Below, piece by piece: positions 29,812-41,155 of a DNA stretch of 64,000 nt. The first letter of the stretch is position 1, and each line of letters opens with the position of its first letter. The stretch covers positions 1,897-65,896 of the forward strand of contig JAJZQH010000003.1 in the NCBI GenBank assembly GCA_021810905.1. The letters are read 5' to 3'. The translations under genes and the position numbers were made by a program. Under the pieces are notes generated by a model. That model did no database searches and was not told the DNA's origin. It saw nothing but the letters and a program-made list of their open reading frames with translations. This DNA comes from a bacterium. GTDB taxonomy: Bacteria > UBA10199 > 2-02-FULL-44-16 > JAAZCA01.

Positions 29812-31729
29812 AGAGAGAAGGCCTGAACCCGAATCGCTATTGGAGCTATCTCGCGAGGAAGAGGGAAAGGATCGCGGCAAGCTCACGATTTATTTCGGCG
29901 CCGCGCCCGGCGTGGGAAAGACCTACTCCATGCTCTCCGACGCCAGGTTGAAGAAGAGGGACGGCGTGGACGTGTTGGTCGGCTACTACGAAGCCCACGC
30001 GCGCCCCGAAACTGAGGCGCTGCTTGAAGGCCAGGAAATAATACCGCCGAGGAAGATTGAATATCGCGGCATGGCTCTCAAGGAGATGGACCTGGAGGCC
30101 ATACTCAAGCGCAAACCCGCGCTCGTGCTCGTGGACGAGCTCGCGCACACTAACGCGCCGGAGTCGCGGCACGTCAAGCGCTACCAGGACGTGGAGGAGC
30201 TTTTGGACGCGGGCATCGACGTCTATGCCACGCTCAACGTCCAACACCTGGAGAGTGTCAGCGACCTCATCTTCCAGATCGCGGGCATCCGCGTGCAGGA
30301 AAAAATTCCGGATACGATCTTTCAGTCCGCCGACGAGGTGAAGCTAGTCGATCTCCCCTACGAGGAGCTGCTCCAGCGGCTCAACGAAGGGAAGGTCTAC
30401 GTGAAAGGGATGGCCGAAGAGGCGCTCCGCCGCTTCTTCCAGCCGAGCAATCTCCTCGCGCTCAGACAGATGGCCATGCGCCTCTCGGCGGGACGCGTTG
30501 ACGAGCGCATGCGCATCTACATGCGCGCTCACGCGATCGCGGGGCCCTGGCCCATCTCCGAACGAATACTCGTGAGCGTCTATGCGAGCCCGTATGCGGA
30601 GCGGCTCGTGCGCTCCACGTTCAGGCTCGCATCCGAAATGAACGCGGAATGGGCGGCTATCTACGTGGAAGGCCCGGAGCACGCCCGCCTCTCGGACGAA
30701 GAAAAACGCTGGCTCGAAAACGCGATGGACATCGCGCGCAAGCTGGGCGCGCAGATCGTCTGGACAAAAGGCGACGATCCGGCCGACGAGATCTCCCGCT
30801 ACGCGCAGAACAACAACGTCACCAAGATCGTCATGGGAAAACCCGGGAGGCTCTGGTTCTTCCCCACCATCGTGCGCAAGATCATGTACCGCACCCGCAA
30901 CATCGACATCTTTCTCTTTGCGAGCGAAGGGAAGGACGAGGTCCGTCCGATTCGCGCGAAGCGGCGGCGCGGTTTCAAACTCCGCAATTATCTTTTGGGC
31001 CTTCTCTCCGTTGCTATCGTATCGGGCATCGGCTTTATGCTGAGGGATGTGATCGGTGAGATGAACATCCTCTTCATGATGCTGCTTCCGGTAATCTGGA
31101 CCGCCATCTACCTCGGGAGGGGCGCTTCGATCATAACGGCTCTGGCAAGCATTGTGGCGTTCGATTTCCTCTTCGTCCACCCCTACTACACCTTTACGGT
31201 CCACGAGATCGGAGACATGATTTCATTTTCAGTGTACCTGATCGTCGCCGTTGTCATCAGCAACCTCGCTTCCAAGCTGCGCTACAGGGTTGGTCTGCTC
31301 GCGCAGAGCGAATCGCGCAGCGTAGCGCTATGCGACGCGAGCAGACATCTCGTCACCGCGCGAAACGTGGATCAGGTACTCTCCCTTCTCATCAACCGCG
31401 TGAAGGCGATCCTTCCGTGCGAGGTCGCGATACTGCTTCCCAGCGGCGCACAGCTCTCGGTGGAGGCGGCGACGCCCGAATTCAAGATCGATCAGAAGGA
31501 GCTCTCCGTCGCAACGTGGGTATGGCTGAACGGCAAGAACGCGGGACAGGCCACCGAGACCCTGCCGCAAGCATGGGCCCACTACCTGCCGATGAGGACG
31601 TCCGACGGGATCAAGGGCGTGCTGGGCGTGCACCTCGACGATCCAAAGGAATTCCTGACGCCCGAGAACGACGCAGTGCTCGACGCGCTAGCGGGCCTCG
31701 GAGCGACGGCGATAGAGAGGATAGGGTAA
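29798..31729 (+). CDS. kdpD: KdpD sensor domain protein (KdpD N-terminal + Usp + TM + GAF-like), lacking histidine-kinase domains
   Basis: KdpD N-terminal domain (TIYFGAAPGVGKTYSML...VDELAHTN) plus a 4-TM region and a GAF-like C-terminus. The ORF ends at 31729 with no HisKA/HATPase_c, and no kdpE follows. Confidence 0.8.
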   Translation: MGNDEERRPEPESLLELSREEEGKDRGKLTIYFGAAPGVGKTYSMLSDARLKKRDGVDVLVGYYEAHARPETEALLEGQEIIPPRKIEYRGMALKEMDLEAILKRKPALVLVDELAHTNAPESRHVKRYQDVEELLDAGIDVYATLNVQHLESVSDLIFQIAGIRVQEKIPDTIFQSADEVKLVDLPYEELLQRLNEGKVYVKGMAEEALRRFFQPSNLLALRQMAMRLSAGRVDERMRIYMRAHAIAGPWPISERILVSVYASPYAERLVRSTFRLASEMNAEWAAIYVEGPEHARLSDEEKRWLENAMDIARKLGAQIVWTKGDDPADEISRYAQNNNVTKIVMGKPGRLWFFPTIVRKIMYRTRNIDIFLFASEGKDEVRPIRAKRRRGFKLRNYLLGLLSVAIVSGIGFMLRDVIGEMNILFMMLLPVIWTAIYLGRGASIITALASIVAFDFLFVHPYYTFTVHEIGDMISFSVYLIVAVVISNLASKLRYRVGLLAQSESRSVALCDASRHLVTARNVDQVLSLLINRVKAILPCEVAILLPSGAQLSVEAATPEFKIDQKELSVATWVWLNGKNAGQATETLPQAWAHYLPMRTSDGIKGVLGVHLDDPKEFLTPENDAVLDALAGLGATAIERIG

Positions 31730-31765
31730 TGAAGAGTGTCGTTTCCTGCTTTCCCCGTAGGTCCG

Positions 31766-33244
31766 TCATCGCGGCAGGTAGCGGAGGATCGCGTCCTCAA
31801 AGTGCGGCAGATAGTCGTCGAGCCTCATCGGCGCGTCGCGATGTGTGACCTCGCGCATGAACCTGAGCGAAGGGCAGGCGTCTCTCTTCCAGGGCGAGAT
31901 GCCGACGCCATCGTCGCGGTCAAAGTCAAAATCCTCCAAGTCGATCGCGTCCGCGAGCCGCGCGCGCAGCGCCGTTCCCGGATAGGGCATGAGCGCCTGC
32001 ACCGAGAGGCCCACCTCCATTTCCGGCGTCGAGAGATCGAGAAACTCCCGCATATCGTCCAGCATCGCCAACGCGGAATCGCGCGTCATAAAGGGCGTTG
32101 TGATATAGGAGAGCGTGAGTTTCCGGGGGACGGCGGCGCTCGCCTTCCGTCGGCGCAGAAGCATGGCTCCGATGAAATTGCGCAACGCGGTTTTCTCCTC
32201 GTCGAGCGTGTGCTGATCCTTGATCTTTCCAAGGTATTTCGTCCCGATCACCCGCGCGTCCTCTTCCAACACGGCGTCACGGCCGGCGTAGAAATACCAG
32301 CAGCCGTACCTCTCAGCTCTCTCGACGACGCGATAAAAATTCTTCAGGAGCGCCGACGGATCGAGATAGACCGCCTTGAGCGAGCGATCCTCGCCTTCAA
32401 TCCTGTCGAAAATTTCGCGATAGAAGTCGTCGAGGTGCGGTAAGAACGGATTGGAATCCGTGAGAGAGAACGTGTGCACGCCCTCCCGGAGCATGGCCCC
32501 GAGCCCACACGCCACGATGTCAACCGTCAGATTCGGAGGCCGTCTCCCCGTGATGAAGCAGAAGTCGCACCCGTTACGGCACTGATCTGCAAGCATCGTG
32601 ATCACCTCTCCTTCGCCCGCGTCACCGCTGGAGGGGAGCCTCCCGACGCGAGGATAGAACCCTGTGCCGCGGCCCACGACCTTGTGATATACAGGATCGA
32701 GCTGATAAAAGCCGGGTGTCGTGACATCCTCTCTCCTGCCCCGGTGCTTGACGACGAGATCCACGAATCCCTGTGCATGTCCGCACACTGCCGCATCGGC
32801 CAACCCCATGCCGAGCGCCGCCTCGACCGGATCCGCGAATCCGGCGATCCGTTCGCGCACGACGTGCGCTCCGCCGAGGACGATCTGGACGCCGGGAAAG
32901 GCCCGCCTGAGCAGCGGCGAAAGCACGGCAAGGACGTGGTAACGGCTCGATGTCGTGGAGATGCCCATGACCGCGCCCGACTCCGCGGCGCCCGCGCTCC
33001 GGAACGCATCGACGACGGCGCTGCTGCCGCCGGAGAGGTCATAGGGCCGGGATGCGTGGGGCTTCAGGATCACGGCGTCTTTGAACCCCTCAGTGATCAG
33101 GGCCTCTTTTATGGTTTCGAGCCCGAGGTGTTCGGAGGCGGCATCCGCGGGCCTCGCAGGGTCCAGCTCAAAATCGCCGGTCGAGGCGAGGATCACCGAA
33201 CTCACATCCGGCTGCGGCATGATGATGGCAGGGGCCATGGGCAT
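31766..33244 (-). CDS. B12-binding-domain radical SAM protein (paralog 2)
   Basis: CX3CX2C motif DQCRNGCDFC with the same N-terminal domain as paralog 1 (GGAHVVRERIAGFADPVEAALGMGLADAAVCGHAQGFVDLVVKH). Confidence 0.8.
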   Translation of the reverse strand: MPMAPAIIMPQPDVSSVILASTGDFELDPARPADAASEHLGLETIKEALITEGFKDAVILKPHASRPYDLSGGSSAVVDAFRSAGAAESGAVMGISTTSSRYHVLAVLSPLLRRAFPGVQIVLGGAHVVRERIAGFADPVEAALGMGLADAAVCGHAQGFVDLVVKHRGRREDVTTPGFYQLDPVYHKVVGRGTGFYPRVGRLPSSGDAGEGEVITMLADQCRNGCDFCFITGRRPPNLTVDIVACGLGAMLREGVHTFSLTDSNPFLPHLDDFYREIFDRIEGEDRSLKAVYLDPSALLKNFYRVVERAERYGCWYFYAGRDAVLEEDARVIGTKYLGKIKDQHTLDEEKTALRNFIGAMLLRRRKASAAVPRKLTLSYITTPFMTRDSALAMLDDMREFLDLSTPEMEVGLSVQALMPYPGTALRARLADAIDLEDFDFDRDDGVGISPWKRDACPSLRFMREVTHRDAPMRLDDYLPHFEDAILRYLPR

Positions 33245-33341
33245 ACGGCATTGTTATCGACCGAACCGCAAAATGGTTGCGATGTTTTTTAATGTCCTCT
33301 AGGAAAGATGCTTCTCGAAACCAGTCGAAGGAGAGACTCAC

Positions 33342-33770
33342 ATGACAAGCACATCTGGAAGGATCATCGCCGTCATCACCATCGCCCTCATCGGGCTCTG
33401 CATCTCGCTGGAGCTCTCTGCCAAGGCCCCGGCCGCGGCGGCAGCCGCGCCCAAGGCGCTCTCCATCAAACGCAACATGAAGATCGACGACTGCGCCGCG
33501 CGAGGCATAGTGCAGGATCAAATCCTCTTTATCTACTCTCACTCCTGCCCTTACTGCAAAGAGGCGCTGCCGATCGTCGAACGGGTCGTGAAGAATCACT
33601 CGCTTGAATCGCGATACGTGCCCGTCGACACCCTGACGGACGAGGGGCAGGACAAACTCGCCGGATGGGGCATAGAGGCCTCATACGTCCCGCTCTTGAT
33701 CAAGGATTGCCGCGCCTACGTAGGCTCAAGGGATGAAAAGGAATACGAGCGCATCCTCACGGGCAAATAG
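33342..33770 (+). CDS. Membrane-anchored thioredoxin/glutaredoxin-like protein (CPYC active site)
   Basis: N-terminal TM helix and SHSCPYCK redox motif. Confidence 0.6.
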   Translation: MTSTSGRIIAVITIALIGLCISLELSAKAPAAAAAAPKALSIKRNMKIDDCAARGIVQDQILFIYSHSCPYCKEALPIVERVVKNHSLESRYVPVDTLTDEGQDKLAGWGIEASYVPLLIKDCRAYVGSRDEKEYERILTGK

Positions 33771-33806
33771 CGTGAGGATGGTTCGTATTCAAAAGCTTGC
33801 AGTCCC

Positions 33807-35480
33807 TCACTGCACGTCGTCGATCGTCTGGATCGGGATCGGGGTGAATGATATCGGCGGCGATGTCAGTTTGTAATCGCTCAGGCAGCTCCAGACCTCC
33901 GGCCGATCGGGAAGTACGTTCGCCGGCGGCAATATATATGGGGAGTTCAGATTGAGAGCCGGTTCCTGTCCCTGCATCTTGACTATCGGCAGGTTCTTCT
34001 GAAGCAATAATTTATATGCCCAATTCGGAACGGAATTAATTTTTTTGGCTGCCGGCTCGAGTGCCACGTTCTGGTTCAGGAGTTGCACCCTCTCTAACAG
34101 TTTTAAAAGTAAATATTTGTGCGGCAGGCAGCCATAGTGAACGAGGTCACTGCCATCCACGAAGATGTCGTGAGGCTGAGGCACATAAACAGCGTAATTC
34201 TTAGCACCTGAATAGACCACGATTGCGGGAATATTGATGCTGCGCAACATATGCGCGAGGAAATGGCTGGACGTTGCGTCGTCTCCTGCTCGCATGGCGA
34301 AAACGAGCTCAAGAGGGGCGTTCAGCGCTCGATCATCCGGACTTGCATACTTATTACTCTGATCAGCGCTATAGTTGCCGCTCTTCTGCACTTGCGAGCA
34401 GTAACTCCTGCCAGGATTGAACTGCTTATATTCCGGCGATATACCCACATAATAGCCGGAATCGGTCATCGTAATATCACCGCCTTGCCCGTGAAGAGCT
34501 ACCTGCGGGTCCACCCATGTGACCTCTTTTTCGATGATGCCCCTTGCGGTCGCGATCACCGGATCTTGCTGATTCAACGCACTGAGCGTCACGGGGAATA
34601 TCTTGTAGGTGTTGAAACCAGCGCCGCGGCAGACCCAGGAACCTTCATCGCTGGTGAATTTCGTATACAGTAGATCAGGCAGTCCAATCACCTTCTTTGA
34701 AGGAATCTGCTTGTTCCACTGATATCCATCGGGGATATTGTTGAAGAAGAAATCGACGAGAGTTGGGTCCCACGTCTTGATAGACCATGGCAATATGACC
34801 GCAGCCTCGACCCAGAACGCGTGTACGATAGAGACGATCCGCTGCCTGCACATCATGTCCTCGGTTCCGCACTTGGCGTCCAATGCCGCGTCGAATGCCG
34901 CTTGTTTGTCACTCGCCTTGTCGAATGGGTTGTACGTGAGGAACAGATCGCGAACGAGATCCAGCGTGCCTTCGGAAGTCAGTTGGGCCTTGAGATTGCT
35001 GAGATTGGAATAAGCGATGATTTCATCAAATTTGCCGTTCATCCACGCATCGTGATCCGCGGCAACTGCCTCAGGTCTGATAAACGCATTCCCCTGATTT
35101 TGCTGGATGAACTGGGCATAACCAAGATTGATTTTGTTGAACGAATGTATTGACGGCGGAGTGACGTTCACCTGCTGATCCACGCAGTGGTTATTCGCAT
35201 CGCATACCTGAGGAGCCGTGCACGTTCCGCACGAGGCGATCGTGCCGCCGCATTCGTCGGGAATATTGTCGCCGCACGTATAGCCCAGGTCCGCGCAGGT
35301 CTTTGGCACGCAACTCTCTGTGGGCGCCGGAGTGGCTTCAGGCAGTTCGCTCACGGTCGGCTCGTTACCAGCGCCGGCAGGCGTTCCCTCCCCGCCGCCG
35401 CTGCAGCCGATCACACCGGCTACGACGAGCGCGATGCAGATGATGAGTGAACCAGCGTATATTGAATATAGTTTCTTCAT
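33807..35480 (-). CDS. Secreted lipoprotein, function unknown
   Basis: Lipobox VIGC and a Cys-rich N-terminal region. An AGGAGG RBS lies 7 nt upstream of the MKKLYS start (35480). Confidence 0.65.
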   Translation of the reverse strand: MKKLYSIYAGSLIICIALVVAGVIGCSGGGEGTPAGAGNEPTVSELPEATPAPTESCVPKTCADLGYTCGDNIPDECGGTIASCGTCTAPQVCDANNHCVDQQVNVTPPSIHSFNKINLGYAQFIQQNQGNAFIRPEAVAADHDAWMNGKFDEIIAYSNLSNLKAQLTSEGTLDLVRDLFLTYNPFDKASDKQAAFDAALDAKCGTEDMMCRQRIVSIVHAFWVEAAVILPWSIKTWDPTLVDFFFNNIPDGYQWNKQIPSKKVIGLPDLLYTKFTSDEGSWVCRGAGFNTYKIFPVTLSALNQQDPVIATARGIIEKEVTWVDPQVALHGQGGDITMTDSGYYVGISPEYKQFNPGRSYCSQVQKSGNYSADQSNKYASPDDRALNAPLELVFAMRAGDDATSSHFLAHMLRSINIPAIVVYSGAKNYAVYVPQPHDIFVDGSDLVHYGCLPHKYLLLKLLERVQLLNQNVALEPAAKKINSVPNWAYKLLLQKNLPIVKMQGQEPALNLNSPYILPPANVLPDRPEVWSCLSDYKLTSPPISFTPIPIQTIDDVQ

Positions 35481-35521
35481 GGCAATCCTCCTGGGCAAAA
35501 ACTTCACAATGCTTATAATAC

Positions 35522-35537
35522 AGCAAAGGACGTGCCA
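35522..35537 (-). promoter_or_regulatory. Candidate sigma-54 (-24/-12) promoter for lipoprotein 33807..35480
   Basis: The minus strand reads TGGCAC-GTCCT-TTGCT, an exact match to the consensus, about 45 nt upstream of the start codon. Confidence 0.5.
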
Positions 35538-35671
35538 TTGCGGCAGAAAAAAAAGACAACTGTAATATCAGCAGGTTGTAGAACTCTCGACCCTGGCGGG
35601 ATCACCATCAAATTGAGAATCAGGGCTGCCGGCATTGGATTTTTGACTGATAAATCGGACCGCTCTTCGCC

Positions 35672-37516
<1,845 letters not shown>

Positions 37517-37553
37517 GGATTAAAGTACGGGCAAACTTCGCTCTTCGTCTCCA

Positions 37554-39215
37554 TCACTTTGCGGATGCCACGGCATGGTTGACTATGGCCTGCGCCTCCT
37601 GCTGGATGCGGCGCAGGTGTTCCTCTCCGCGGAAGCTCTCGGCGTAGATCTTGTAGATATTTTCAGTGCCCGACGGACGAGCCGCGAACCACCCGCTCTC
37701 GGCTATCACCTTGAGCCCGCCTATCGGCGCATCGTTGCCCGGCGCGTTCGTGAGGATCTTCTCTATCTTCTCGCCAGCCAGTTCGCCGAGCTTCACCTCA
37801 CGCGGAGAAAGCTTCTTGAGCAGGGCCTTCTGCGCGGGCGTGGCGGGTGCGTCGATGCGGTCGTAGAGCGGTTCGCCGAACTCGCGCGTGAGCTCGCGAT
37901 AGAGCTCGCCGGGGTCGCGCCCCTCTTTCGCCGTCATCTCAGCAGCGAGCAGCGCGGGGATCATTCCGTCCTTGTCAGTGCTCCACGCCCCGCCGTCCAT
38001 TCTCAAAAACGACGCGCCGGCGCTCTCCTCGCCGCCGAAGCCGAGCGAGCCGCCCTGCAGCCCGTCCACGAACCACTTGAAGCCGACCGGAGTCTCGTAG
38101 AGTTTGCGGCCGACCTTTGCAGTCACGCGGTCGATCATGCTGCTCGACACCACGGTCTTGCCCACTGCGGCGTCCTTTCGCCAATTGGGTCTGTTCCTGA
38201 AGAGGTATGAGACCATCACCGCGAGGTATTGGTTCGGCTGCATGAGGCCCGCGCTGCGCGTGACTATGCCGTGCCTGTCGTGATCGGTGTCGCATGCGAA
38301 TGCGATGGCGAAGCGATCCTTGAGTCCGATGAGCCTCTGCATCGTATAGGGAGACGAGGGATCCATGCGGATCTTGCCGTCCCAGTCGACTGTCATGAAA
38401 CCGAACGTCGGGTCCACCACTTCGCTTACGACCGTGAGATCGATCTTGTATCGCTCCGCGATCTGCGCCCAGTAGTGCACGCCCGCGCCGCCAAGCGGGT
38501 CCACTCCCATCTTGATGCCTGCAGCGCGAATTGCCTCCATGTCGATTACGTTTGCGAGGTCATTAGTATATGCGTCTATGTAATCGTACCTGTGCGTGGT
38601 TGCCGCGTGAAGGGACTTCTCGAACGTAATTCTCTTCACTTCCGCAAGCCCGTTTCCAAGAATCTCGTTCGCCTTTGCCTCGATCCACCCGGTAATTGTC
38701 GGATCCGCTGGTCCACCATTCGGCGGATTGTACTTGAAGCCGCCATCAGAGGGAGGATTGTGCGATGGAGTGATCACAATGCCGTCCGCAAGTCCCGTAG
38801 TGCGGCCGCGGTTGTATGTCAGTATGGCGTGGGAGATGGCGGGCGTCGGCGTGTATTCGTCCTTGTCGGAGACCATCGTCTCCACGCCGTTTGCCGCCAG
38901 CACCTCCAGCGCGGTTGCAAACGCGGGCGCCGAGAGAGCGTGCGTATCGACTCCGATGTAGAGCGGGCCGCCGATGTCGTTTTTCCTGCGATACATGCAG
39001 ATCGCCTGCGTGACCGCGAGGATGTGAGACTCGTTGAAGGATCTCTCGAACGACGATCCGCGATGACCGGAGGTCCCGAACAAAACCCTCTGCGCCGCAA
39101 TCTGCGGGTCGGGCTTCTCGGTGTAATATGCAGTGATGAGCTTCGGGATATCCACGAGCATCGACTGCGAAACCGGTTTTCCTGCGAGAGGGCTGACGTT
39201 CATTTTTGGCTCCAT
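37554..39215 (-). CDS. pgm: Phosphoglucomutase (alpha-D-glucose phosphate-specific)
   Basis: Active-site loop TPSHNPPSDGGFKYN and the Pgm-like N-terminus LITAYYTEKPD. Confidence 0.85.
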   Translation of the reverse strand: MEPKMNVSPLAGKPVSQSMLVDIPKLITAYYTEKPDPQIAAQRVLFGTSGHRGSSFERSFNESHILAVTQAICMYRRKNDIGGPLYIGVDTHALSAPAFATALEVLAANGVETMVSDKDEYTPTPAISHAILTYNRGRTTGLADGIVITPSHNPPSDGGFKYNPPNGGPADPTITGWIEAKANEILGNGLAEVKRITFEKSLHAATTHRYDYIDAYTNDLANVIDMEAIRAAGIKMGVDPLGGAGVHYWAQIAERYKIDLTVVSEVVDPTFGFMTVDWDGKIRMDPSSPYTMQRLIGLKDRFAIAFACDTDHDRHGIVTRSAGLMQPNQYLAVMVSYLFRNRPNWRKDAAVGKTVVSSSMIDRVTAKVGRKLYETPVGFKWFVDGLQGGSLGFGGEESAGASFLRMDGGAWSTDKDGMIPALLAAEMTAKEGRDPGELYRELTREFGEPLYDRIDAPATPAQKALLKKLSPREVKLGELAGEKIEKILTNAPGNDAPIGGLKVIAESGWFAARPSGTENIYKIYAESFRGEEHLRRIQQEAQAIVNHAVASAK

Positions 39216-39286
39216 TATGTACGGGGACCTCTAAGAACCGTCCAGATGCAAGGCGCCCGACTGAGGCCGGCCGAGTCAGACAAGGC

Positions 39287-39313
39287 GGGAAAACTTCTGC
39301 CAGATGGCAGAAG
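39287..39313 (-). terminator. Rho-independent terminator after thaumatin-like gene
   Basis: Minus strand CTTCTGCCATCTGGCAGAAG (9-bp stem) followed by TTTTCCC. Confidence 0.5.
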
Positions 39314-39402
39314 GCAAACCGCCGCGTCAGTTATCAATCGCCCGCCGCAGGCCGTGCCGATGGAGGGCAACGCAGCAGATGGGCGGTTATTAGAGGTTCC
39401 CC

Positions 39403-40374
39403 TTAAGGACAGAAGGTCATGAGGAACTGCGTATTGCCGGCGCAATTGTGCAGCCCCACGACATCATCATATGAATACGCATACACGCCGCCGGTGCACA
39501 TGCTGTGTATGGCTGCCACGTATTTTGTCGCAGCCACGGGACCCGCGCGGCAGGCGCCCGGGTCGATTGGAGGAGTCGGGCAGCAGTACATCACGGCAGC
39601 GTCGCCCTGCTCGGAGAGGCCCTCGCCGTTGTATCCTGTGTTGTTGGGCCAGTTGAGTTTCTTGCACGGAGAATAGCACCCAAGCGCGGTGTCGGGACTT
39701 GCCGCGTCGAGGACCCTCAGATCCTCGTTGTTATACTCGGGATGCACATCTACCTGTCCCTGGCTTAAGTTCTCGTCGGTCGGGCAGCCGCTTAGATTGA
39801 GGTTTGTGCAGTCGATGGTATTGCAGGAAGAGCAATCCGCGTTGATGCAGGTTGAACCTCCTCCGCCGACGATGGTGACTTTGTAAGGCAAGGAATAACC
39901 GTCGACAGCGCTCGTGTCCCAAGAGGTGATCGGCGGGAGCTTCTGTGCCGGCGCAGAGGGATTCACCGCGCACTGCGTGGGATCGGCATTGGTGCAACCC
40001 CACGTGGCCTCAAATTTGGAATCAATGGGCGGGGCACAGCCTGCTGCCGGGCACGGGTCCGAGCTCTGACCCAACGAGCAGTTCTGGCTGTTGGCATCGC
40101 AACCTGTCTTGGGCCAGAAGCGCGTCGACGCAAGCCCTATATCAGGAATGTTGTAATCCACGTATCCGCCCTTGGCCAATTGAGTGACGGCGGCAGTTCC
40201 GGTGGGCATGTTCGATTGCTGGATCCAGATCGTATAAGAGCAGTTGTTGACGATTCGGAAGAGCGCGGTCTGCGTGGGAAGTCCGCCGCCGCCCCCGCCG
40301 CTGCCGCTTCCTCCTCCACAGCCGAAGCAGAACGCCAATGCGATTATAAGAGACAATGGGCGAAAAATTCTCAT
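39403..40374 (-). CDS. Thaumatin-like (PR-5 family) secreted protein
   Basis: Signal peptide with Gly-rich linker. Thaumatin-type start ALFRIVNNCSYTIW, the TGC...C...C pattern, many Cys, and a C-terminal ...FLMTFCP matching the thaumatin ...TFCP end. Confidence 0.65.
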   Translation of the reverse strand: MRIFRPLSLIIALAFCFGCGGGSGSGGGGGGLPTQTALFRIVNNCSYTIWIQQSNMPTGTAAVTQLAKGGYVDYNIPDIGLASTRFWPKTGCDANSQNCSLGQSSDPCPAAGCAPPIDSKFEATWGCTNADPTQCAVNPSAPAQKLPPITSWDTSAVDGYSLPYKVTIVGGGGSTCINADCSSCNTIDCTNLNLSGCPTDENLSQGQVDVHPEYNNEDLRVLDAASPDTALGCYSPCKKLNWPNNTGYNGEGLSEQGDAAVMYCCPTPPIDPGACRAGPVAATKYVAAIHSMCTGGVYAYSYDDVVGLHNCAGNTQFLMTFCP

Positions 40375-40481
40375 GGTAATATCCCCCTGAGCGGTTCGAC
40401 ACTGTAGAATATGATCGGGGACTATAGACTAATAATTATAGAAATCATCAGGAAAATGACTGGCGAAGTTACACAGGTTCT

Positions 40482-41147
40482 TCAACTCGGCTTGCTGTGG
40501 CGCACATCCCTCCCCTTTGCCGTGAATATCGCGAGTTCCGCGATATTGGTGGAGTGATCCGCCATTCGTTCGAGATAGCGGACGATCGAAGTCGCCGGAA
40601 ACAGCCGGTTCAGATTTTCAGGCTCCTTTTCTGCGCGCTCCAGCAATTCCTTCACGTAATACTCGGTGAGATCGTCCACCACGTCGTCGTTATTGAGCAC
40701 TCCCTCGGCCTTTGCCGCGTTGGAGTTGACGAACGCGTCGATGCTGTCCTTGAGCATCATCTGCACATTGTTCGACATCTGAGTGAGATCGATAGGTGAG
40801 TCCCCGTGCTTCACGATATCTATCACGCGGCTCGCCGTGTTGACGGCTAGGTCCCCCACGCGCTCCAGATCCGTCACTATCTTTAGGCCGCGTGTGATAA
40901 AGCGCAGGTCCCACGCCGCGGGCTGGTAGCGCGCAAGCAGCTCTATGCACTGTTCGTCGATGGATACCTCCAGCGCGTTGACCGCATGATCGCTCTCGAT
41001 TATCTGCTGCGCGAGGGCCGTATCGCGCGAGGCCAGGGCCTTCATGCAATCCGCAACCATCGCCTCAACTTTGGATCCCATGAGCAGGATCTGCTGCTTG
41101 AGCGCCTCGATTGCCTCGTCAAAGTGACGATCGATGTGGTGTTCCAT
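40482..41147 (-). CDS. phoU: Phosphate signalling complex protein PhoU
   Basis: PhoU two-repeat architecture (ALKQQILLMGSKVEAMV ... ). Confidence 0.9.
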   Translation of the reverse strand: MEHHIDRHFDEAIEALKQQILLMGSKVEAMVADCMKALASRDTALAQQIIESDHAVNALEVSIDEQCIELLARYQPAAWDLRFITRGLKIVTDLERVGDLAVNTASRVIDIVKHGDSPIDLTQMSNNVQMMLKDSIDAFVNSNAAKAEGVLNNDDVVDDLTEYYVKELLERAEKEPENLNRLFPATSIVRYLERMADHSTNIAELAIFTAKGRDVRHSKPS

Positions 41148-41155
41148 GATTCCTC

